Source: Blastocatellia bacterium (GTDB lineage: Bacteria; Acidobacteriota; Blastocatellia; RBC074). Taken from it: a DNA stretch of 59,637 nt. A program made the translations under genes and the position numbers. Shown here piece after piece: positions 9,029 through 17,800 of this stretch (positions within the stretch are counted from its first letter, which is position 1; each line of letters opens with the position of its first letter). The stretch covers positions 1 to 59,637 of the forward strand of contig JAYSTY010000474.1 in the NCBI GenBank assembly GCA_043719385.1, given 5' to 3'. Under the pieces are notes generated by a model, which worked only from the letters and a program-made list of their open reading frames with translations, ran no database searches and was not told the origin of the DNA.

Positions 9029-10714
9029 CTAACGATTATTTCTCTGCGCCAGCTTGCTGTGATGCCTGCCATACACAAAATAAATCACCAGTCCAATTGC
9101 CATCCAGATAATCAAGCGCAGCCACGTATCCCACGGCAAACTTGCCATCAATAAAAGGCTGGTAATCGCTGAAAGCGGCGCCACTACCCAAACAGCGGCA
9201 ACTTTGAAAGGTCGTGGCAAATTGGGATTAGTTTTTCGTAACACTAAAATTCCAATGGCTACGATCACAAACGCGAACAACGTTCCGATACTGACAAGTT
9301 CGCCCAGCAAATCAATCGGAACCAGCGCTGCCATAATTGCCACAATTCCGCCTGTCAGCAAAGTAGTAATATGTGGAGTTTGATATTTCGGATGAACTTT
9401 CGCAGCCCAGGCCGGCAGTAACCCGTCTTTCGCCATTGAATAAAAAACACGCGGTTGTCCCATCATCATCACAACCATGGTGGAGCTTAATCCCAAAACC
9501 GTGCCTCCTAAAACAATGAGTTTGAATGAAGTCAGCAACGTTTTCATAAACGAGCCGTTCGCGGCCTGGTTGGCGGCAGCGCCCATGGCGGCGGCGATTG
9601 GTGCGGTTTCCCCTTTCAACTGCGTATAGGAAATTAACCCGACCATAATGCCGGAAACCAAAATATACAAAACCGTACAAATCAACAGCGAACCAATGAT
9701 GCCGCGCGGCATGTCACGTTGGGGATTCTTCGCTTCCTGCGCCGCAGTCGAAACCGCGTCAAAGCCTATATACGCAAAGAAAATTACTGCCGCACCCGTA
9801 AAAATTCCGCTGATGCCAAACTCGCCGAAGACGCCTGTATTGGGTGGAATGAACGCCGCACAACCGGCTGTTCCGGCGGCACATCCGATCCCGATATTCG
9901 ACATATTGACGAAGCCGATTCCAGCAATAATAAACAGGACAACAATAAAAAGTTTGACCATCACAACCAGTGAATTGAAGCTGGCTGATTCCTGAATCCC
10001 TTTGACCAACAACAGGCAAATCGCAATCGAAATCAAAAAAGCAGGTAGGTTGAAAAGCGCTGTTTCAATCGGCGCTGTAACTCCCACCTGCGACATCGCT
10101 TTGGTTAATTCCGTTGTAATAACATTCAAACCAAGACCTGGATGTAAAATCGTATCGCCGACTTTTGTGCCGTCAACCTTCTGAATCATCTCAGCGGTAA
10201 AGGTCACAAATTTTGTTCCGGGAGCCGCGCTCAAACTGACCGGAAACGGAATGCCCACAGCGCCTAATAATTTGACCACGTTACCAGACCATCCGACCGC
10301 AACAGTCGCCGCACCAAATGCATATTCAAGAATTAAATCCCAACCAATAATCCACGCCACAAACTCGCCCAGCGTGGCATATCCATAAGCGTACGCCGAA
10401 CCGGAAATTGGAACAGCCGAAGCGAACTCCGAGTAGCACAAAGCCGCAAATAAACTAACGATTCCCGCAACGATCATCGAAATCACAACTGCCGGACCTG
10501 CATGTTTTCCGGCGGCTTGCCCGGTTAAAACGAAAATACCTGTTCCGATAATGGCGCCAATTCCGAGAAACGTTAAGGCGGATGCACTCAAAGTTTTTTT
10601 CAACGTGTGCTCGCCAGTTTCCCCAGCTTCAGCGATGATTTCATTAATGGGTTTGGTCGCCATTAGATTGGCGATGAATTTATTAATGGGTTTAGTCGCA
10701 ATTTGGTTGGACAT
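9029..10714 (-). CDS. APC superfamily amino acid permease (CAT-like)
   Basis: [12 protein letters not shown] signature, about 13-14 TM segments, and an N-terminal in-frame 13-codon duplication. The ATG at 10714 lies 5 nt after GGAGG. The ORF track starts one codon earlier, at TTG 10717. Confidence 0.85.
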   Translation of the reverse strand: MSNQIATKPINKFIANLMATKPINEIIAEAGETGEHTLKKTLSASALTFLGIGAIIGTGIFVLTGQAAGKHAGPAVVISMIVAGIVSLFAALCYSEFASAVPISGSAYAYGYATLGEFVAWIIGWDLILEYAFGAATVAVGWSGNVVKLLGAVGIPFPVSLSAAPGTKFVTFTAEMIQKVDGTKVGDTILHPGLGLNVITTELTKAMSQVGVTAPIETALFNLPAFLISIAICLLLVKGIQESASFNSLVVMVKLFIVVLFIIAGIGFVNMSNIGIGCAAGTAGCAAFIPPNTGVFGEFGISGIFTGAAVIFFAYIGFDAVSTAAQEAKNPQRDMPRGIIGSLLICTVLYILVSGIMVGLISYTQLKGETAPIAAAMGAAANQAANGSFMKTLLTSFKLIVLGGTVLGLSSTMVVMMMGQPRVFYSMAKDGLLPAWAAKVHPKYQTPHITTLLTGGIVAIMAALVPIDLLGELVSIGTLFAFVIVAIGILVLRKTNPNLPRPFKVAAVWVVAPLSAITSLLLMASLPWDTWLRLIIWMAIGLVIYFVYGRHHSKLAQRNNR

Positions 10715-10832
10715 CAAGACCTCCGATAATTTATTGAGTTATTTTTACTTGCTTGATTGGGCGGAAATTCTTGTTTGATCTTCAAGCTCCGCTTTTTGAA
10801 CTTGCAAACTCTAAGCTGAACTGCGCCAGCGG

Positions 10833-12314
10833 TCAATGGCTGCTCTTTCTATTCCACCAGAAATACACGGGAACCCCTGTCGCAATAATCAACAATCCAG
10901 GCCACGTCGCCGCCGTTTGATAGGTGAATAACACAGCGAGAATGATCGCGGCTCCGACAATGTAAAGCGCAGGAATTATCGGATAGCCGAAAGCTTTGTA
11001 CGGACGTTCGACATTGGGTTGTTTGCTCCGCAAAACAAATATTCCAGCTATCGTCAAAATATAAAAAATCAATGCCGCCGAAATCACGTATGTCAGCAAA
11101 TCGCCATAAAGATTTCCGTAGCTGACTTTGCCATCTGCCGCAGTTTTGATCGTGCGTGGCAACACATAAAACGCTGCCCACAAGCCCTGAATAAGTAAGC
11201 CCCACGCCGGAACTGCATTTTTATTCAGCTCTCCCGCTGCCTTAAAAAATAATCCATCTTTTGCCATCGCGTAATACGCACGCGCGCCTGACAGAATCAA
11301 TCCATTGTTACAACCAAACGTCGAGACCATAATCGCTGCTGCCATCAACGTAGCTCCGACGCCGGGGAAAATTACTTCAGCCGTAGCCGACGCGACGCGA
11401 TCACTTGGCACAGCCTGAATTGTCTCAAACGGCAACGTCACGAGATAAGCGAAATTCGCCAGTAAATACAGCCCAATCACGAGGATTGTGCCGAATGCCA
11501 GCGACAACGGAATATTACGTTTTGGATTGATGACTTCTCCGGCAGTGAAGGTGATGCTGTTCCACGCGTCGGCGGAAAATAAGGAATTGGTTTGCGCGAC
11601 ACAAATGCCAACAAATAATCCCAGCGGCAACGAAGCCAGTACCCCATGTCCGACATCCTGTAACGATCCGCGTACCGTCCAGAAATCTCCAAAATTCAGG
11701 CTCACGGCATTTGTCTTCCACCCAATGACAAAGCCCAAAACAATCAGGGCGATCAACGCTCCGGTTTTCGCAAACGTGAAGACGTTTTGAATTAATTTTC
11801 CCAACTTGAGGCCGCGTGTATTAATCCACGTCAGCAGCGCAATCAAAAGAATTCCCACCAACTGCGCCGTCGAAAGCGAGACGGCATAACTTGAACCCAA
11901 ATGAATCGGCGGAATCAAATAATTTGTTTCGGAAATCCCTGGAACTAACACGCCCAGATACCGCGCAAAGCCAACGGCTACCGCCGCAATCGTTCCCGTT
12001 TGAATCACAAAGAAAAATGTCCAGCCATACAGAAATCCCCAGAGCGGTGAAAAGGCTTCACGCAGGTAAACATATTGTCCACCAGCCTTCGGCATCATCG
12101 CGGCGAGTTCGCCGTAGCTCATCGCGCCGATTAATGTTAACAGGCCTGTGATGAGCCAGACTACGATGAGCCAGCCGGGAGAACCGACCTGCCGCGCAAT
12201 GTCGGCGGAGACAATAAAAATGCCGGAACCAATCATGGATCCGGCAACAATCATTGTGGAATCTAGTAAGCCTAAACCGCGAACAAATTGTTCGTCGTTA
12301 TTTTCCTGGGCCAT
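10833..12314 (-). CDS. APC family amino acid/polyamine transporter
   Basis: MIVAGSMIGSGIFIVSADIA signature, 12 TM segments, 493 aa. It lies 16 nt downstream of rseP. Confidence 0.85.
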   Translation of the reverse strand: MAQENNDEQFVRGLGLLDSTMIVAGSMIGSGIFIVSADIARQVGSPGWLIVVWLITGLLTLIGAMSYGELAAMMPKAGGQYVYLREAFSPLWGFLYGWTFFFVIQTGTIAAVAVGFARYLGVLVPGISETNYLIPPIHLGSSYAVSLSTAQLVGILLIALLTWINTRGLKLGKLIQNVFTFAKTGALIALIVLGFVIGWKTNAVSLNFGDFWTVRGSLQDVGHGVLASLPLGLFVGICVAQTNSLFSADAWNSITFTAGEVINPKRNIPLSLAFGTILVIGLYLLANFAYLVTLPFETIQAVPSDRVASATAEVIFPGVGATLMAAAIMVSTFGCNNGLILSGARAYYAMAKDGLFFKAAGELNKNAVPAWGLLIQGLWAAFYVLPRTIKTAADGKVSYGNLYGDLLTYVISAALIFYILTIAGIFVLRSKQPNVERPYKAFGYPIIPALYIVGAAIILAVLFTYQTAATWPGLLIIATGVPVYFWWNRKSSH

Positions 12315-12330
12315 ATTTTTTCAGCAGGGT

Positions 12331-13764
12331 TCATTTGCCCGGTTGTGGTGCGGGCGCTGTTTGCGTGGCCGGTGCAGCCTCGCTTGATTTACCAAATGGC
12401 AGGATGCGTAAAATGTCATTCGCAAAGACAAACAGCATCAGCGCCATCAGGGCGACAAAACCAACCTGTTGCAGGCGTTCGCGGATGTTCATCGTTAAAG
12501 TCATCCCGACTAAGCCCAGCAACGCCTCAACGAAAATCAACACGATCATGCCGCCGTCCAGCACGGGAATCGGCAACAAATTCATGATGCCGAGGTTCAT
12601 ACTTAACAATCCCATCATGTTAATTACACCCGCCCAGCCTGCAACATCAAAAATATCGGAAACCTGTTTTGCCATTCCGATAGGGCCAGCCACCGAAGTT
12701 CGCGCCGAACGTTGTCCTGCAAAAATTTGTTTGAAGACAATGCCCGTTAAGCGAATGATGCGCCAGTTGTATTTCCAACCAAAAGCCAGCGCCGAAGTAA
12801 GCGAACTGGTTTGCACAAGAGCCGTATTTTTAGGCGCGAAGCCGAGCCGATATTCATTGGCTTTCTCGTCTTTTTTCGGTTTGGCTTTAAGGTCGAGTAG
12901 TTGTTGACCCCGCGCAATTTTTAAAGTAACTTCCTCACCTTTGCTGTCATTCAACGCTTCTTTAAATTTTCGAAAGACGGTGACGGCAACGCCATTAATT
13001 TCCATGATTTTGTCGCCGGGTTTCAGACCCGCAGCGGCAGCGGCAGAATCAGGTGCGATGCTGCTCACGCCCAAACCATTCAATATCGGTTCGACATCCA
13101 GGGTTCCATATTCTTCGCCATCTTTGGTTTTCTCACCACGAATTTGGGCGGTGAGATTGGAGGTTTGTCCGTTGCGTTCAACCACTAACGGGATCGTTTC
13201 ATTCGGATGAATTTTTATTTCGTCATCAAAATCTGCCCAGGTTGGATTTGCTTTGTCATGATAGCTAACAATCCGGTCACCGGTTTTCAAGCCTGCTTGT
13301 TCGGCGGCTGAGCCTGGTTTGACATCGCCGATCACGATTTGTTGCGACCACGAAATATCTTCGTGATAGCCAATCATAATTGCGGCGGTCGGAATCGCAA
13401 TGGCCGTGATGATGTTGAAAGCCGGCCCCGCAAGCGCAACCAGAAACCGCTTCCATTTGGCATGCGCGAGAAACTCTTCGACGGAGCCTTCGCTCTTGCC
13501 CTGAATCATTTCCAGGTTTTCGCCGCGAAATTTGACATAACCACCCAGCGGCAATGCACTGATGCGGAAATCAGTTCCGCCCCAGTCGAATCCAATCAGG
13601 CGCTTCCCGAATCCGACGGAGAAAACTTCAGCGGGAATGCCCAGCCATTTGGCGACGATGAAATGCCCGAATTCGTGAATCGTCACCATCGCGCAAAGGA
13701 CAATAATAAAAACCAACAGACCAGAAAAACTGAATAAAAGCGTAATTGGGAAGTTCAACTTCAT
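12331..13764 (-). CDS. rseP: RIP site-2 metalloprotease RseP
   Basis: HEFGHFIVAK zinc motif in TM1, two PDZ-like segments (GDRIVSYH.., GDKIMEINGV), and a C-terminal NLLPIPVLDGG motif. Confidence 0.9.
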   Translation of the reverse strand: MKLNFPITLLFSFSGLLVFIIVLCAMVTIHEFGHFIVAKWLGIPAEVFSVGFGKRLIGFDWGGTDFRISALPLGGYVKFRGENLEMIQGKSEGSVEEFLAHAKWKRFLVALAGPAFNIITAIAIPTAAIMIGYHEDISWSQQIVIGDVKPGSAAEQAGLKTGDRIVSYHDKANPTWADFDDEIKIHPNETIPLVVERNGQTSNLTAQIRGEKTKDGEEYGTLDVEPILNGLGVSSIAPDSAAAAAGLKPGDKIMEINGVAVTVFRKFKEALNDSKGEEVTLKIARGQQLLDLKAKPKKDEKANEYRLGFAPKNTALVQTSSLTSALAFGWKYNWRIIRLTGIVFKQIFAGQRSARTSVAGPIGMAKQVSDIFDVAGWAGVINMMGLLSMNLGIMNLLPIPVLDGGMIVLIFVEALLGLVGMTLTMNIRERLQQVGFVALMALMLFVFANDILRILPFGKSSEAAPATQTAPAPQPGK

Positions 13765-14031
13765 CCTCCTCTATACTGTGCCGAAAACCTGAGTTTTGCG
13801 GCTGACCGCTGTCACGATAAAAAACAACAATTAAGACATTGGCAGTGTAGGCTACGCACGAATAGGGTGTCAAACAAGTATTATGAACCGTACTCTTAAA
13901 CTATTTGCAGCACAGCAGGTTGGGGTGAAATTTTAGCGATGGGAGGTGTTGCTGGTGTAAGTTCAGTGTAGAGAACCCAGCTCGCCACGGCTCGCGGTAC
14001 TGTACCTGGCAGCTTAGCGAAACCGAGAGGC

Positions 14032-14592
14032 TTATTTCATTTGCTGATACAGCCAGACCTTAGCTGTGCGCCAATCTCGTTTGACTGTCCGTTCAGAAAC
14101 GCTCAACACTTCGGCAACCTCTTCAACGGTCAGTCCGCCAAAAAATCGTAATTCAACGATCCGCGCCTGTTGCGCATCAAGCTCCGCCAGACGATTCAGG
14201 GCGTCGTCCAGAATTACCAAATCCAGATTTCGCTCGGCGGTAAAACTAATGGCTTCATCGAGTGAAATGTGCGGTTCTTTGCCGCCCCGTTTCTGCGCTT
14301 TTTTTTCTTCGGCGTGATTGACCAGAATGCGGCGCATCATTTGGGCGGCCAGGCCGAAAAATTGTGCGCGATTGCGCCAGTCAACTTCGCGTTGATTGAC
14401 CAGACGTAAATAGGCTTCGTGAACTAAGGCTGTGGGTTGCAGGGTGTGATCGGGCCGTTCCCGCTTTAACTGATAAGCCGCCAGTTTACGCAATTCGCCG
14501 TAAACAATTGGCAATAATTCATCAAGCGAGGCCTTGTCGCCTGTCTGCGCTTTTTGTAGTAGTTGTGTAACAGCGGGTTGCGTAATCATCAT
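14032..14592 (-). CDS. ECF sigma factor, PF07638/TIGR02999 type
   Basis: LLPIVYGELRKLAAYQLKRERPDHTLQPTALVHEAYLRL is the hallmark of this ECF family. The C-terminal sigma-4 region reads RIVELRFFGGLTVEEVAEVLSVSERTVKRDW. Confidence 0.9.
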   Translation of the reverse strand: MMITQPAVTQLLQKAQTGDKASLDELLPIVYGELRKLAAYQLKRERPDHTLQPTALVHEAYLRLVNQREVDWRNRAQFFGLAAQMMRRILVNHAEEKKAQKRGGKEPHISLDEAISFTAERNLDLVILDDALNRLAELDAQQARIVELRFFGGLTVEEVAEVLSVSERTVKRDWRTAKVWLYQQMK

Positions 14593-14876
14593 CCTTCCTT
14601 ACCAAATCAGTTACTTGCAGGGCAGGGGCAACGGCGATTGTCGCTTAACTCAGCGATGATTGCAAAAAAAAGTTGCGCTGACCTGTCCCGCTTTTCCACT
14701 GAACTCTGCGTTACTCAAATGATCTGGCAGCCTAATTGATTTATCGTTTAAGCCCACGTCTCCATTAGCCCCATCTTGACAGCTTAACCAGGCTCACACC
14801 AATTAGCTGCGAATTACTGACACGAGATATTTGCCAACCGCTTTTCCGGTTCCAATAATCGAAGCAAGAAAAAATT

Positions 14877-17800
14877 ATGCCTAGCAATAAAAATCTAAAC
14901 CTGTCCACTTACTCCGTTTATTTTACCTTAACTTTCTTTTTCGCCTTATTTTTGACCAGTATGACTGTTGCTCAAACGGTCAATCCGCAACCTATCGTAA
15001 CGGTTTCGGCGGCGGATTATCGCCCCGATACGGTTGTTGCTGCTGACAGTATTGTGGCGGGGTTCGGCGTTAATCTGGCGACAGGTTCTGAAAAAGGTGA
15101 AGACACTGATCCCGCAACGCCCGGCATTCAGCTTCCCAAAAAATTGCAGGGGGCGCGCGTTCTGGTCAATGGAGTAGAGGCAGATTTATTTTACGTCGGG
15201 CCAACGCAAATCAATTATTTAGTGCCTAAACAAACTGCACTGGGGACGGCAATTATTCGGGTCGAATCTCAAAATGGAGCATTCATTACCCATGGCACAT
15301 TACAGATCGGGCAGGTTGGGCCGGGAATTTTTACTGCGACGCAGGATGGAACCGGAGTTCCTTCCGCTTATGTTGTGCGGGTCAAGCCGGATAATTCACA
15401 GATCAACGAAACCATTTCCACGTATGACACCGGGACAAGTCGCTTTTTAGCCAAACCAATTGACCTCGGCCCAGCCGACGAAAAAGTTATTTTGATTTTG
15501 TTTTTGACGGGCATTCGCAACGCTCCCGATCCCAATGGTGATGGCAACGCGAACGAATCTGTCCGTGTGCTGGTCAACGGGAATGAACTGGTTCCTGCTT
15601 ATTCCGGCGTCCAGCCAAACTTCATCGGGCTGGATCAGATCAACGTTGAATTGCCGCGTTATTTGCTGGGCAATTCGGCGCTCGACATTCAAATTAAAGT
15701 TAATGGAATTTTATCGAATCGCTCCAACATCGAACTGGTTGCGCCGAATTTGACGAATCTGGGCTGGCGTGCGCGTGGCCTGGCTGGACGCACAGTCAGA
15801 AATTTTGCTTCGCTTGGTTCATATCTTTTTGCCGCAACGAATGAAGGCGTCTACCGCTCCAGCGATAACGGAGCCAATTGGGTTTTGGGCGGCGGCTTAC
15901 CAAATGCCACACAATTTTTATCGCTCGCGGTTTACAGCAATATCATTTATGCCGGATCAGAAGGCGGTGGCGTCTGGGTCAGTTATGACAGCGGCACAAA
16001 CTGGACAGCCTTCAATACTGGTTTAGCGGGCTTGAATTTGACGATTAACGGACTGACCTTTGATGGCGTAACTTTGTATGCCTCCACGAGCGGTGGCGTC
16101 TGTCGGTACAATCGCACGCTGAACATTTGGGAAGCGTTGAGCGCCGGATTGTCAGGCGCTAATTCGTTCATCAATAATTTTCTTGTGGATGCAGGCAATT
16201 ATTATATCGCCACCAATGGCGGTGTGTGTTTTTACAATCGCACCTCAAACATTTGGGAAACATTCAATGGCGGCTTGTCTGCGGGAACAAAAATTCTCAC
16301 GCTTGCCAGCGCAAATGGTGTGTTGTATGCGGGAACATTTGGCGGTGGTTTGTGCCGCTACAATCGCACGTCAAATCAATGGGAGCCAATCATCACCGGC
16401 TTGCCCGCGACTTTAACCGTTTCCTCAATCGTCATTGACGGACGCCGCTGTTTTATCGGCGCGCGCAATGGTGGCGTGTTTGTGACCAATGACGGCGGCG
16501 CAACGTGGCAAAGTGTGATTTCGGGATTGACCGCGCCTGATCTGTACGCGTTATGGCTCAGCGGCGGAGCAATTTTCGCCGGAGCGAATCAGGGCGGCGT
16601 CTTTGGCGCTCCGTTATCCAGCGGTAATTTTTCAGCCTGGTCGCAATCCGTTGCGCTTAACAAAAATACTTCGCGCGGAATTATCTTAGGCGGGGTAGAT
16701 TTCTTACTGAACTCGCTGAGCTATACGGTGCTGACACAACCAGGCCACGGCAGCCTGACCGGAACCGCACCAAATTTAGTCTATACTCCTACCACAAATT
16801 ATTTTGGTAGTGATTCCTTCACTTTCAAGATAAATAATGGCTTGGCAGACAGTCCAGTTGCGACAATCTACATCACTATTTATTCCGGCGGTAACAGTGC
16901 GCCGCTCGCTAACTCACAATCAGTTTCGACCAATCAGGGTATATCGAAAGCCATCGTTTTAAGCGCCAGTGATGCTGATGGCGATCCCTTGTCGTATGCA
17001 ATCGTTAGCGCTCCGACCAAAGGAACACTGAGCGGAGTTGCACCAAATCTTATTTATACACCAAATGCTGGATACGCCGGCGCAGACAGCTTTACCTTCA
17101 AAGCAAATGACGGCAAAGCAGATAGCAACATCGCCACAGTTTTAATTACTGTGGTGCAACCCAATCGCGCTCCCGTCATTACAGTTCCTGCGGCGCAAGC
17201 TACCACTGTCACACAGGCAGTGAGCTTTAATGTTTCCGCCACTGATCCTGATAATGGGCAGGCTTTGACGATTACTGCGACTGGTGTTCCCTCTGGTGCA
17301 GTCTTCAATTCACCTGGCGGTGGAACGGCGACCTTTACGTGGACGCCAGGCGTAGCTGGAACTTATACCGTTAACTTCACGGCGACCGACAGCGGTTCTC
17401 CGCAATTAAGCGATAGCAAATCTGTGACGATCACGGTTGCTCCTTCACTGCTTGCTGGTTACTGGTCAAGTTCGCTGATTACAGGTGGCGGCACAGTGCA
17501 GGATTTCGCCTTTCTGAATTCAAATGTCATCGTGGGGACGACACTGGGATTATGGCGTTCCGCCGATAATGGCGTGACGTGGACAGCCATTAATGCCGGT
17601 CTTCCAGCTGCAAAAAATATTATCAAATTGGTAGTGGTCGGGAATCGCCTGGTGGCAGCCAGCGGCGATGCCAAAATTTATTTTTCTGATGACCTGGGCG
17701 CGAATTGGAGTATTGGAGGAACAGGTCTGACGCAAGGCGGAGTAGCATATCCTTTGGGTTCACTGGTAGTATTTGGTTCGCGGCTTTTAGCGTTGATAAA

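Noticed and set aside
12254-12907. Plus-strand ORF of 217 aa overlapping the rseP 3' half and the permease start
   Set aside because: It is antisense to two strongly supported genes, and no motifs are present.
14776-14804. TTGACA at 14776-14781 as a promoter for the giant gene
   Set aside because: No acceptable -10 hexamer lies at 16-19 nt spacing (ccaatt/caatta). If the gene is ECF-dependent a different motif is expected, and I could not identify one confidently.
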